Shown here in pieces: positions 1-9,469 of a DNA stretch of 64,000 bases. This DNA comes from Bacteroidota bacterium (GTDB taxonomy: Bacteria > Bacteroidota > Bacteroidia > B-17B0 > Aurantibacillaceae), in contig JACDDR010000001.1 of assembly GCA_013816895.1 (NCBI GenBank), positions 17,117 to 81,116 of the forward strand. The letters run 5' to 3'. The notes under the pieces were generated by a model, which searched no databases, was not told where the DNA came from, and was given only the letters and a program-made list of their open reading frames with translations. Positions within the stretch are counted from its first letter, which is position 1. Each line of letters starts with the position of its first letter. The position numbers were made by a program, and so were the translations under genes.

Positions 1-539
1 TCTTTAATCGTGTAAAAAACCAGCACATTCACAAATAAAGCCCAGAACGTACCGCCTGAAGTGCCTGTAAATTCATACCATTGGATCCACCGGTGATTGA
101 ACGCAAAACAATCTCCGATAGTTAACCAGGTCCACGCAAGATCCCACACAGAGTGTCCGTATTCCCATGCGATCCACACCGGTAATAATAACCACGCCGC
201 CCATGGTTTATTAAGGCGGTGTTTTATATTTGAAAAAATTAAAAAAACAATAGCCATTAATAAACCATTGGCAACAAATGCCAGCACAGCAGCTTCTTTG
301 CCCCACTGGATCAGGTACACCCACCATGTTACCATTACATTCCATGTGATAAAGGTGAGTAGTCCAAAAGCAAATAATTTTAATTTTCGTTTGCTTCCGG
401 CATAAGATAAATTGTCTTCAAGCATCAGCAGCGGAACAAAGCCAAAGAAGATAAAGATGTTTAAATGCGCGTACCAGGATAAGGAAAGAAGAAGTGCCGA
501 CAAAAGGCTAAGAAGAAGATTATTTGGCCGATACTGCAT
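1..539 (-). CDS. lnt: Apolipoprotein N-acyltransferase, N-terminal part (runs off the window edge; missing from the ORF track)
   Basis: Manual translation from ATG at 539: MQYRPNNLLLSLLSALLLSLSWYAHLNIFIFFGFVPLL...WIAWEYGHSVWDLAWTWLTIG...WIQWYEFTGTSGGTFW, the typical Lnt transmembrane N-terminus; the frame stays open to the window edge. Confidence 0.88.
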   Translation of the reverse strand, partial: MQYRPNNLLLSLLSALLLSLSWYAHLNIFIFFGFVPLLMLEDNLSYAGSKRKLKLFAFGLLTFITWNVMVTWWVYLIQWGKEAAVLAFVANGLLMAIVFLIFSNIKHRLNKPWAAWLLLPVWIAWEYGHSVWDLAWTWLTIGDCFAFNHRWIQWYEFTGTSGGTFWALFVNVLVFYTIK

Positions 540-653
540 AAACAGCGAAGATACTATTAATTGCAAAGCAGTATAAACACATCTAAATCAATTTTGTTTA
601 AATCTTAAATCCTAATTTAAGAAATTTTAGTACGGAATTGGCTGATTTAAGAG

Positions 654-661
654 TATATTTG
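654..661 (+). promoter_or_regulatory. Bacteroidetes housekeeping -7 promoter element (TATATTTG) for the helicase gene
   Basis: Exact TAnnTTTG match 15 nt upstream of ATG 677. Confidence 0.6.
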
Positions 662-676
662 CCGGTTGCATTTTTT

Positions 677-2188
677 ATGATTGACCAAAGTACTACAACC
701 TCAGAACCGCGTAAATTATATCCATTCCAGGAGCAGGCCGTAAATAATATTTTTACGCGTTTAATTGAATTGCCCCCAAACGCTAATTTATTATTCCAGC
801 TTCCTACCGGTGGTGGTAAAACTATTATTTTCAGTGAGATTGCGCGCCGTTACATCGAGAAATTCAAGCGCAAGGTTTTAATATTAACTCACCGTATTGA
901 ACTTAGCAAGCAAACCTCTGATGTACTTGCCGAGCTGGGAATCAGCAATAAGGTGATCAACAGCGAGGTTAAGGATTTACCCAATCAAACCGATTATCAA
1001 ACATTTACCGCACTTGTTGAAACCCTGAATAACCGATTGCAGGAGAACGACCAGTTTTTAGAAGACATTGGTTTGGTAATTGTGGATGAGGCGCATAATA
1101 ATTCGTTCCGGAAAATTTTCCATTATTTTAACGACGTAAACATTTTGGGTGTTACAGCAACGCCTTTAAGCAGCAATAAAAAATTACCGCTCTATCAAAC
1201 CTACAGTGGTCTTATTGTTGGTGAAAGTATTTCAGCTCTTATAGAACAAGGCTATTTATGCGAAGGACAAACGTACACCTTTGATGTGAATCTTAGTTCC
1301 CTGCGCGTTGGCAGTAACGGTGAGTTTACCGTAGGCTCGCACGAAATGCTTTATACGCAGGCGATCATGCAGAGCAAGCTGATAGAGGCTTACGAAGAAA
1401 TTGGAAAAGGCACTAAAACACTCATCTTTAATGCCGGTATTTTAACCAGCCGTGCTGTTTATGAAACCTTAAAGAAAAAAGGTCTGCCTGTAAGGCATCT
1501 TGATAGTACATTCAGTGATAAAGACAGGGCCGAAACTCTTGACTGGTTCCGTAAAACAAAAGACGGCATTTTAACATCGGTGAGTATTTTGACAACGGGC
1601 TTTGATGAACCCGAAGTTGAAACCATAATGCTTAACCGCGCTACCAAATCGCTTACGTTATATCATCAGATGATAGGGCGCGGAAGCCGTGTTCTCCCTA
1701 CTAAAAAAACATTTAATATTATTGATCTCGGTAATAATTCACGCCGATTTAATCTGTGGCAATATCCTATTGACTGGAAGCATGTTTTCGTTGCTCCGCA
1801 TTTGTACCTCGAACATCGTTACAAGGATGAGTGGGATTATGAAATGGAGAATGATTACGACATGCCGGCCGAAATCAAAGAACGCTTTCTTAACTCCAGT
1901 GCTGAATCCTTTGTTGTTCGCGAACATTATCTTATGGCCCTTAGGAAAGGAAAAAAACCGCAGGTGGTGCTTGATGAAAGTTTAGAAGATCATTTCGCGC
2001 GCATAAAAGACAATGCTTCAGATTTTGAAGAAGCGTTTGAGTTATTTAATTTGTTGAGTGAAGAAATGAAATACCGTGTCAAACAATTCGGTAAATGTAT
2101 TAATGCCACCAATAATCATAGCGATTGGCAATACCAGCAATACGCGAGTAAACTCCGCCGCCGTTTAATGAATTTCTTCGTGGAGTAA
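677..2188 (+). CDS. Superfamily II DEAD/DEAH-box helicase, RadD/YejH-like
   Basis: Motifs QLPTGGGKT, VDEAH, TATP, LTTGFDEP, QMIGRGSR. Start placed at ATG 677 rather than TTG 638 because a -7 promoter element lies at 654-661. Confidence 0.88.
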   Translation: MIDQSTTTSEPRKLYPFQEQAVNNIFTRLIELPPNANLLFQLPTGGGKTIIFSEIARRYIEKFKRKVLILTHRIELSKQTSDVLAELGISNKVINSEVKDLPNQTDYQTFTALVETLNNRLQENDQFLEDIGLVIVDEAHNNSFRKIFHYFNDVNILGVTATPLSSNKKLPLYQTYSGLIVGESISALIEQGYLCEGQTYTFDVNLSSLRVGSNGEFTVGSHEMLYTQAIMQSKLIEAYEEIGKGTKTLIFNAGILTSRAVYETLKKKGLPVRHLDSTFSDKDRAETLDWFRKTKDGILTSVSILTTGFDEPEVETIMLNRATKSLTLYHQMIGRGSRVLPTKKTFNIIDLGNNSRRFNLWQYPIDWKHVFVAPHLYLEHRYKDEWDYEMENDYDMPAEIKERFLNSSAESFVVREHYLMALRKGKKPQVVLDESLEDHFARIKDNASDFEEAFELFNLLSEEMKYRVKQFGKCINATNNHSDWQYQQYASKLRRRLMNFFVE

Positions 2189-2454
2189 TGAGCCATCGCT
2201 TTCTATATAAATTACTCGGTTATTTGTCCATTGTTACAGGTCTCGCCGCCGCGGGCTGCATGTTCCGGATCCAGAATATGTTTTATGGTATCGCGTTTGC
2301 GATTCTGGGATTTATCCTGGCAGGAATAAACGTTTATTTAAACACCAAGTATTATTCCGAAGAAGAAACCTATCCGAAAGGTTATTTTGGAATGGTACTC
2401 AGTTCGCTTCCCGTTCTGTTCATGATGTTCGTGATTTTTAAATTTCGCAAATAA
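2188..2454 (+). CDS. Small membrane protein (88 aa, about 3 TM helices)
   Basis: Three hydrophobic stretches; start overlaps the helicase stop (TAATG). Confidence 0.8.
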   Translation: MSHRFLYKLLGYLSIVTGLAAAGCMFRIQNMFYGIAFAILGFILAGINVYLNTKYYSEEETYPKGYFGMVLSSLPVLFMMFVIFKFRK

Positions 2455-2460
2455 CTTTTA

Positions 2461-2723
2461 GCCACGGATTACGCAAAATCGCTTTGTTCAGATATGTTGA
2501 TTTACAATATTCTTATTTACAATTGACGATTGAATACACAAATATTGATGAACGGAAATTCTTCGGCGCTAAATTGTCAATTTAGAAATTGTCAATTTCA
2601 AATCAAATTTCTAATTACTTCGGATGTTTAGGCCCAAGATTACACGGATTACACAGAAAGGTTTAAAGCCTTTATTTAGAGTTCAAATAAATATCTGTGG
2701 CAATCTGCTATCGGATCTGAGGC
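2461..2723. repeat. Intergenic cluster of REP-like repeats: nonamer family GCCACGGAT/TACACGGAT/ATCTGTGGC plus a duplicated AAATTGTCAATTT
   Basis: GCCACGGATTAC 2461-2472; GATTACACGGATTACACAGA about 2638-2657; inverse copies ATCTGTGGCAATCTG...ATCTGAGGC 2693-2723; AAATTGTCAATTT at 2571 and 2586. Confidence 0.7.
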
Positions 2724-2728
2724 AGAAA

Positions 2729-3679
2729 CTAAATCCAGTTAATCCCCTTCTTCAGCATTGATAAAGTTTTTTCTTCTTCAGAATTTTCCTGCGGTTTGAA
2801 ATCGTATTCCCAGCCTGCTGTTTTTGGAAGGCTCATTAATATCGATTCAACACGACCATTGGTCTCCAGTCCGAATTTTGTTCCTTTATCGTACACCAGG
2901 TTAAACTCAACATATCTACCCCTTCGCAGTAGCTGCCATTGCTGATTCTCAGGAGTAAATGATTTGTTTTTATTCCGGTTAATGAGTTCACAATAGGTTG
3001 GGGCAAATGTTTTTCCAACTTCTTTCCAGAAATTAAAATTCTGTTGAAACGACATCTCTTTACTTTCATTTAGCCGATCAAAAAAAATACCGCCAATACC
3101 GCGCGTTTCTTTGCGATGACTTATGAAAAAATAATCATCGGCCCACTTTTTAAATTTTGTATAATAATCAGGATTAAATTGATCGCAGGTTTTTTTTAAT
3201 TCGGAATGAAAAAATTTAGTATCCGTTTCATTGACATAATGCGGCGTCAGATCAATACCGCCTCCCAGCCACCTGACACCGGCACCTCCGTTTTTACTTG
3301 CGGGCATTTCAAAATAGCGGATATTCATGTGAATGATAGGAACCCATGGATTTCTTGGATGGATAACAATGGAAACCCCTGTTGCAAAAAATTGTGGCAC
3401 ATTTCCGGCCTTACCAAGGTCTTTATCAAGTGACACGCTGTGTTCCTGTTCTTTGAATAAAAAAGCCGGAGCATCGCCGTGTACTGCACTAAAAAGAACC
3501 CCGCCCTTTTCTATCACCTCACCATTCCTGATGATTCTTGTCCTTCCGCCACCACCCTCAGGCCGCGTCCAGTTATCTTCTTCAAATTTTGCGATGCCGT
3601 CGGCTTTTTCGAGCTGGGAACAAATAGAATCCTGTAATTCTTTTAACCAGGCAGATATCGTATCACGGCTTATTTCCAT
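2729..3679 (-). CDS. hemF: Oxygen-dependent coproporphyrinogen III oxidase
   Basis: Motifs GGGRTR, EKGGV, IHPRNPWVPIIHMNIRYFE, GGGIDLTP, RGIGGIFFD, RRGRYVEFNLVYDKGTKFGL, RVESILMSLP. Confidence 0.96.
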   Translation of the reverse strand: MEISRDTISAWLKELQDSICSQLEKADGIAKFEEDNWTRPEGGGGRTRIIRNGEVIEKGGVLFSAVHGDAPAFLFKEQEHSVSLDKDLGKAGNVPQFFATGVSIVIHPRNPWVPIIHMNIRYFEMPASKNGGAGVRWLGGGIDLTPHYVNETDTKFFHSELKKTCDQFNPDYYTKFKKWADDYFFISHRKETRGIGGIFFDRLNESKEMSFQQNFNFWKEVGKTFAPTYCELINRNKNKSFTPENQQWQLLRRGRYVEFNLVYDKGTKFGLETNGRVESILMSLPKTAGWEYDFKPQENSEEEKTLSMLKKGINWI

Positions 3680-5352
3680 CCTGTTTTTTGCAGCTGGTAA
3701 TTGTTATACCTGAAAATATAAACGCCGCGATTATCAAAGCCCGTAGTATTATCAGGGTGTACAAATTTGAAACGGAGGTAATTTGTTTCTGAAGGGAATT
3801 TATCGAGTGAAAAAATAAAATCGGGCCCTTTTTCTTTCAGATTTTTTAAATAATAATTAGAAATGTCAAATCCAATAAAATAATATTTTCCGGGCAATGT
3901 GTTTTGCTGGGCTTTATAAGACTCTACTATAGTGTTGTATGCGCTGGTATTGGCGAGATTGTTTTCGCACGGAAAAGTAAAGTGAAGCTGCTCAAGATAT
4001 TCCTGATCAATATTATCCATCTTCCCCATGTTTTCCCAGCCGCAAAGTTGGATGTCTTTTTTATCCGCAAATATGGCAAGCTGTGTGGTAAAGTCGGCAA
4101 TAAAAACCTGGTTGCTGCTCAGGGTGATAATGATGTTTTTTACGTTGGGAACATATGCGCCTTTAACTCCTGCCAAACCTTTTACAATCCGGATGGTGTC
4201 CTTTGCGGGTTTTCCAGCCATTTTTTGTCTGTCGTTAAAATAATTTTTGAACGCTTTTACATACGACAATTCACGGGCATCGTTTCCAAAGGGCGTCATT
4301 AAAAGAACGTTGGCGTTATTAATGAGAAGCGAATCGATGCAATAGTCTGCGAGACTTTCGAGTAAAGTAAATTGTGAAGGGTTTGTTTTAGAAGCGTAAA
4401 CATTATTAAACAACATCTTATTCTGTTGTGTTATTGGTGATACAACAGGAATACCAAGTTCCCTGGCCTTCTGAGCGATTGTTTTAAACCCATTTACGTA
4501 CAGCGGGCCGAAAATAAAATCTGTTTTTTTAAATTCAGGATCGTTTACAATTTTTATCAGCTTAAGTGAATCCTTATCATCCACATCATACAGATCAAGG
4601 TTCACTTTAAAATCGGCCGCAGTAAGTGAATCTACCATCCGCTTAAAGCCCAGGTAAAAATCAACTGCCAGTGCCGGTACCGGTGGAAAATTCGTATTGG
4701 ATTTTAAAAGACTATTCAGGTCGATGTTTAAGGATTGATCGAGTTTAAACGGAAGAATAAGTGCTACTTTGTATTCTGTTTTTTTCGGACGGTGAATTAC
4801 ATTCGGGTTTATGGAATCACGCGTGGCAGAATTGGCGTTTGTTGCAAATGCTTTTTTCTTTTCGCCTACAACTATTAACTGCTCGTCTTTTAAACCCTGT
4901 GTGATCAGCGAAGGATTCCAGAGCTTCAATTCCACTTCGCTGACGTTAAACTTTTTTGAGATGGCATATAACGTCTCGCTCTTTGATACCTTATAAACTA
5001 TGTACCGGGTTGTATCGAGCGGTAACTCGCCCGGAGGCACAATCGAATTGGATTTCACGCTGACCGTGCCGGTGGCAACAGTGCTAGCTTTAACGGGAAT
5101 TTTTATTTCCTGTCCTGCTTTTGTACCGCCTTTTGTTTCAGGGTTTGCAATGTATATTTCATCAACACTTACATTGTATAATTTTGAAATAGCATAAAGA
5201 CTTTGCTTTTTTTCGATGGTGTGAATATAATAATTGACGCCATTAATAGTTTGAACAGTGCTTGATTTAGTCTGCGCGAAAAACCCAAGCGAGTATAAAC
5301 AAGACAGCGCGAAAAAAAATATTCTAAGAGAATGTTTCAAATTTATTCCCAT
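3670..5352 (-). CDS. LysM x2 peptidoglycan-binding protein with a C-terminal periplasmic-binding-protein type 1 (LppC-like) domain
   Basis: Signal peptide; two LysM repeats ([19 protein letters not shown]...; [19 protein letters not shown]...); VALILPF...DFYLG...IFGPLY PBP1 signature; guaA-LysM synteny typical of Bacteroidetes. Confidence 0.88.
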   Translation of the reverse strand: MGINLKHSLRIFFFALSCLYSLGFFAQTKSSTVQTINGVNYYIHTIEKKQSLYAISKLYNVSVDEIYIANPETKGGTKAGQEIKIPVKASTVATGTVSVKSNSIVPPGELPLDTTRYIVYKVSKSETLYAISKKFNVSEVELKLWNPSLITQGLKDEQLIVVGEKKKAFATNANSATRDSINPNVIHRPKKTEYKVALILPFKLDQSLNIDLNSLLKSNTNFPPVPALAVDFYLGFKRMVDSLTAADFKVNLDLYDVDDKDSLKLIKIVNDPEFKKTDFIFGPLYVNGFKTIAQKARELGIPVVSPITQQNKMLFNNVYASKTNPSQFTLLESLADYCIDSLLINNANVLLMTPFGNDARELSYVKAFKNYFNDRQKMAGKPAKDTIRIVKGLAGVKGAYVPNVKNIIITLSSNQVFIADFTTQLAIFADKKDIQLCGWENMGKMDNIDQEYLEQLHFTFPCENNLANTSAYNTIVESYKAQQNTLPGKYYFIGFDISNYYLKNLKEKGPDFIFSLDKFPSETNYLRFKFVHPDNTTGFDNRGVYIFRYNNYQLQKTGWK

Positions 5353-6872
5353 TCAATAGTAGCCGGAGGTTTCGAGCTGATATCATACACAACCCGGTTA
5401 ACACCTTGCACCTTGTTAATTATCTGATTACTTATTTTTGCAAGGAATTCATAAGGCAAATGGCACCAGTCGGCGGTCATACCATCGGTACTGCTAACAG
5501 CGCGAAGAGCCACAACACTTTCGTAGGTTCTTTCATCGCCCATTACACCAACGCTTTGAACAGGGAGAAAAATTGCGCCGGCCTGCCAAACTTCGTTGTA
5601 TAAGTTATGTGATTTAAGTCCTTCAATAAAAATATGATCTACTTCCTGTATGATGCGGATTTTTTCTTCGGTAATATCCCCAAGAATACGGATAGCAAGA
5701 CCTGGTCCGGGAAAAGGATGTCTTCCTAATAAAGCTTCATCCAGTCCAAGTTCTCTGCCTACTCTCCTTACTTCGTCTTTAAATAAACTTCTCAGAGGCT
5801 CTACTATTTTCAACTTCATGTACTCCGGCAAACCTCCAACATTATGATGCGATTTAATCGTTGCGGAGGGGCCTTTCACGCTTACACTTTCAATTACATC
5901 GGGATAAATGGTTCCCTGAGCCAGCCATTTGGCATCTTTTTCAAGTTTGGATTCTTTGTCAAAAACATCAATAAATACTTTACCGATTGCTTTTCGTTTT
6001 TTCTCAGGATCGCTTACACCTTTGAGTTCCGCGTAAAATAGATCTTTTGCATTAACACCTTTCACATTTAAACCCATGTGTTTATAAGAATCCAGAACAT
6101 TTTCAAATTCGTTTTTGCGCAGCAATCCATTATCAACAAAAATGCAATGGAGGTTGGTTCCGATAGCCTTGTGCAATAACATGGCGGCCACGCTGCTGTC
6201 AACACCTCCACTCAGTCCTAAAATAACTTTATCATCACCTAATTGCGTTTTAAGAAGGCTGATAGTTGTTTCTATAAAAGAAGCCGGTGTCCAATCGCCT
6301 TTACATCCACAAATATCGTAGGCGAAATTTTTCAGAAGTTTTAATCCTTCACTTGTATGATATACTTCAGGGTGAAACTGGATACAAAAAGTATCCTCGC
6401 CGCCAATGGTATAAGCGGCCACATTCACATCATGGGTACTTGCGGTAACTTTATAATTATCCGGAATTTTGATAATTGTATCGGCGTGACTCATCCACAC
6501 CTGCGAATTATCAGCAACACCCTTGAATAATCTGTCGGAGGGATCTTTTATTTCGAGATGAGCCCTTCCGTATTCACGCGAATTCGATTTACCTACTTCG
6601 CCGCCGTAAAAATGAGCGAGGAACTGCGCTCCGTAACATACGCCAAGCAAAGGAATTTTGTTCTTTATTTCTTCGAGATTTGGCTTGGGAGGATTCTCTT
6701 CCCTAACGCTGTGCGGACTTCCGGAAAGAATAACGCCTTTTATATCTTTGGTAATTTCGGGTATTTTGTTGTAAGGGTGGATCTCACAATAAACATTTAT
6801 CTCACGTAAACGACGCGCTATAAGCTGTGTGTATTGAGAACCAAAATCGAGAATTAAGATTTGTTCCTGCAT
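5343..6872 (-). CDS. guaA: GMP synthase (glutamine-hydrolyzing)
   Basis: [68 protein letters not shown]; start at MQEQ (6872). Confidence 0.98.
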   Translation of the reverse strand: MQEQILILDFGSQYTQLIARRLREINVYCEIHPYNKIPEITKDIKGVILSGSPHSVREENPPKPNLEEIKNKIPLLGVCYGAQFLAHFYGGEVGKSNSREYGRAHLEIKDPSDRLFKGVADNSQVWMSHADTIIKIPDNYKVTASTHDVNVAAYTIGGEDTFCIQFHPEVYHTSEGLKLLKNFAYDICGCKGDWTPASFIETTISLLKTQLGDDKVILGLSGGVDSSVAAMLLHKAIGTNLHCIFVDNGLLRKNEFENVLDSYKHMGLNVKGVNAKDLFYAELKGVSDPEKKRKAIGKVFIDVFDKESKLEKDAKWLAQGTIYPDVIESVSVKGPSATIKSHHNVGGLPEYMKLKIVEPLRSLFKDEVRRVGRELGLDEALLGRHPFPGPGLAIRILGDITEEKIRIIQEVDHIFIEGLKSHNLYNEVWQAGAIFLPVQSVGVMGDERTYESVVALRAVSSTDGMTADWCHLPYEFLAKISNQIINKVQGVNRVVYDISSKPPATIEWE

Positions 6873-7056
6873 AATTAGCAAACAAAAATACGATTAAATC
6901 GAAGCTATTTTCTTAAAAAGAATCCCTTTTTATGAGCGTTTATCTTTTTTAATGTTTTATCCGCTCCTTCAGAGGTAAATGCGCTGGCAACAGCCTGAAG
7001 ATGCGCCATTACTGATCATCTGACTTTCCGGGAAAGAAAAATTTCTTTGAATAAAT

Positions 7057-7088
7057 AAAAAAGCCCTCCACAGTGTGAAAGGCTTTTT
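7057..7088 (-). terminator. Intrinsic terminator downstream of tRNA-Pro
   Basis: AAAAAAGCC-CTCCACAGTGTGAAA-GGCTTTTT hairpin with T-runs, starting 4 nt after the tRNA 3' end. Confidence 0.7.
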
Positions 7089-7092
7089 GTTG

Positions 7093-7166
7093 TCGGGGTG
7101 GCCAGATTCGAACTGACGGCCTCCACGTCCCAAACGTGGCGCGATACCGGACTACGCTACACCCCG
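7093..7166 (-). tRNA. tRNA-Pro (anticodon TGG); CCA end not encoded
   Basis: Reverse complement CGGGGTGTAGCGTAGTCCGGTATCGCGCCACGTTTGGGACGTGGAGGCCGTCAGTTCGAATCTGGCCACCCCGA: acceptor stem, anticodon arm CCACG-TT-TGG-GA-CGTGG, T-loop GTTCGAAT. Confidence 0.96.
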
Positions 7167-7187
7167 AGTCCCTCAAAATTGAGACTG

Positions 7188-7195
7188 CAAATATA
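7188..7195 (-). promoter_or_regulatory. -7 promoter element (TATATTTG) for tRNA-Pro
   Basis: Exact TAnnTTTG match on the minus strand, 21 nt upstream of the tRNA 5' end. Confidence 0.65.
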
Positions 7196-7309
7196 CAATA
7201 TTTTTTATATTCAAACAGAATTTTTGTGCCGGAGAAAAATATTATTGGCCCCTTTAGCAATTCTTATCAAACACCGGCGATTATCTTAAAATAAGGCCCT
7301 AAAAAAACG

Positions 7310-7317
7310 TATATTTG
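7310..7317 (+). promoter_or_regulatory. -7 promoter element (TATATTTG) for hemD
   Basis: Exact TAnnTTTG match upstream of ATG 7346. Confidence 0.6.
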
Positions 7318-7345
7318 CAGCCCGTTTTACGCAGTACTATTATAC

Positions 7346-8053
7346 ATGAGAAACAAACAGGCGCCGGCCGCACTTCAACCCATCATCTTTATTTCAAAGG
7401 ACCTTCAGCCGGAAAGTCTTTTACTAAAAGGTCTTCAGGACACTCATTATAAAGTTGCTCATGAGTCGCTTATCAAAATAACGCCCATTCGTTTTTCCAA
7501 TGTACAAAAAACACAATGGATCTTTTTTTCAAGCAAAAACGCGATCGAACATTTTTTCTCGCAGCAGCCGGAAATAGAAGCCGGTACAAAATTTGGCGTT
7601 ATGGGAAAAAGTTCCGCTGAGTTCCTGAAAACATACGGCCACGCTGCCGACTTTATTGGCGCCGGTGTTGATATTGCGCAGATCGGTAAAGACTTTGCTG
7701 AGATAATAAAAAATGAAACCGTACTGTTTCCTCAGGCTATTGATTCGTTACAAACCATTCAAAAACATCTTTCTTTTAAAAACATCAGCTCTAATCTTTA
7801 TGTTTATAAAACAACTTTAAGAACTGATTTCGAAATTCCGAGCGCTGAAATACTGGTTTTTACAAGCCCTTCGAATGTTTCGGCTTATTTTGGAAAATAT
7901 AAAATACTACCCGGACAAAAGGTAGTGGCCATGGGAACCTCAACCCAGCGTAAGCTCACCGATTATGGTGTTAAGGAAGCGATAACCCCCGCGTCGTTCG
8001 ATGACGAAGGGCTATTGAAGGCCATTCATCCGTTTACGCTGCACAGCTCGTAA
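7346..8053 (+). CDS. hemD: Uroporphyrinogen-III synthase
   Basis: HemD two-domain pattern: WIFFSSKNAIEHFF, VMGKSSAEFLKTYG, LYVYKT, ILVFTSPSNVSAYF, VAMGTSTQRKL. Confidence 0.8.
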   Translation: MRNKQAPAALQPIIFISKDLQPESLLLKGLQDTHYKVAHESLIKITPIRFSNVQKTQWIFFSSKNAIEHFFSQQPEIEAGTKFGVMGKSSAEFLKTYGHAADFIGAGVDIAQIGKDFAEIIKNETVLFPQAIDSLQTIQKHLSFKNISSNLYVYKTTLRTDFEIPSAEILVFTSPSNVSAYFGKYKILPGQKVVAMGTSTQRKLTDYGVKEAITPASFDDEGLLKAIHPFTLHSS

Positions 8054-8161
8054 CAAAAATTAAACCTTCTGTAATTTTATTTTTCTCACTTAACTTACCA
8101 ATGAAGAAACAAACGTTGTCTGGAAATACGTTGTTGGCATGAGGTTAGCTGCCAAATAATT

Positions 8162-9469
8162 TTAGCGCAAAATCAATAGCCTGTTTGCATCCAGCTTAAT
8201 AAAAATAAAAAGCAGGATGGTGAAAGCCCATAGGGAAGATCCTCCGTAGCTGAAGAACGGTAAAGGAATTCCGATTACCGGCATGAGGCCAATTGTCATT
8301 CCAATATTAACCGCGAGGTGAAAAAATAAAATTACGGCAACACCGTAACCGTAAATCCTGCTAAAATCAGACCGCTGTCTTTCAGCCAGAAAAATAACAC
8401 GAAGAATTAAAAACAATTCAAGGAAAATAACGCCGGTACTTCCCAAAAAACCCCACTCTTCACCAACCGTGCAAAAAATAAAATCGGTGTCCTGCTCAGG
8501 CACAAAATCGTATTTTGTTTGTGTGCCCTGCAGATATCCTTTACCAATAAAGCCTCCACTGCCAATGGCGATCTTTGCCTGATTAACATTATAGCCTTCT
8601 TTCTTCAGATCCACAGTGCCACGACCCAGTAACACATCAATTCTCACTTTCTGGTGAGGTTCGAGATGATTGTAAACATAATTGGTGCCCAGCACAACGC
8701 CTGCCGAAGCCATGTAAACCAAGGCAACAACAATCAGGCTTTTCCGATTACGCGGAATGAAAAGAAAAGCGGCCGACGATATAACTGCCAATACAATGAG
8801 CAGTGTTGTAATTTGCGTAACTACCAGCGCTATTACAAATAGGATGGCTGCCAGGATTCCAAAAATGAGAAAGTTAACTGAAAGACCTTCGCGGTACAAT
8901 ACAATTACGAAGGCAATAAATACAATTGCCAATCCGGTTTCATCCTGTAAAATTTTAATGATAATAAGAGGGATGACGATAATGACAAGCGCATAAAAAG
9001 TATTCTTATAGTTTTTAATGAGATCTTTTAATCTTAGCCTGAAGCGCTGGTTAACAACGATGGTACTGTTACTTAAAAACTTAGCAAGGGCCAGGTTAGC
9101 TGCAAACTTCATGAACTCCGCAGGTTGAATACCAACATCTCCAAACCTGAACCAGGATTTACTGCCTTTAACTTCTCTTCCCAAAAACAACACAAGAATA
9201 TTTGCTGCAATAAGAAAACCGTAGAAACCATAGGAAAAGGCCGTGTAAAAGTTGGCATCAATCAACAAAATACAAATGGCAATAATGGTTGAACCACCAA
9301 TCCAGATGAGCTGCTTGCCATATTTTTGAGTGGTGTCGAAAATATTCTGATGCTCCTCGTTATAAACTGCCGCGTAAATATTTAGCCAGCCTAGTACCAC
9401 GAGCAGCATATAGGTGAGAATCGTCAGCCTGTCAGCCCCAGCAAAAATAGTATTCTGATCGCGACTCAT
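8162..9469 (-). CDS. rodA: Rod shape-determining protein RodA (SEDS family)
   Basis: GSKSWFRFGDVGIQPAEFMK, QDETG, GYNVNQAKIAIGSGG, VPEQDTDFIFCTVGEEWGF, PLPFFSYGGSS; last gene of the mre operon. Confidence 0.95.
   Translation of the reverse strand: MSRDQNTIFAGADRLTILTYMLLVVLGWLNIYAAVYNEEHQNIFDTTQKYGKQLIWIGGSTIIAICILLIDANFYTAFSYGFYGFLIAANILVLFLGREVKGSKSWFRFGDVGIQPAEFMKFAANLALAKFLSNSTIVVNQRFRLRLKDLIKNYKNTFYALVIIVIPLIIIKILQDETGLAIVFIAFVIVLYREGLSVNFLIFGILAAILFVIALVVTQITTLLIVLAVISSAAFLFIPRNRKSLIVVALVYMASAGVVLGTNYVYNHLEPHQKVRIDVLLGRGTVDLKKEGYNVNQAKIAIGSGGFIGKGYLQGTQTKYDFVPEQDTDFIFCTVGEEWGFLGSTGVIFLELFLILRVIFLAERQRSDFSRIYGYGVAVILFFHLAVNIGMTIGLMPVIGIPLPFFSYGGSSLWAFTILLFIFIKLDANRLLILR

Noticed and set aside
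97-405. 102-aa plus-strand ORF in the track
   Set aside because: It is antisense to the real lnt gene (1-539, minus strand), whose translation has clear Lnt motifs
677-2454. Helicase plus small membrane protein as a restriction or defence system
   Set aside because: No methyltransferase, nuclease or specificity gene is adjacent; the motifs fit a stand-alone RadD-like repair helicase in housekeeping context
2461-2723. Possible CRISPR array
   Set aside because: The repeats are short 9-13 nt degenerate units with inverted copies; there are no 23-47 nt identical repeats with regular unique spacers and no cas genes
7093-7166. Genomic island or prophage integrated at tRNA-Pro
   Set aside because: No integrase, no duplicated tRNA 3' end seen elsewhere in the window, and the flanks are core genes
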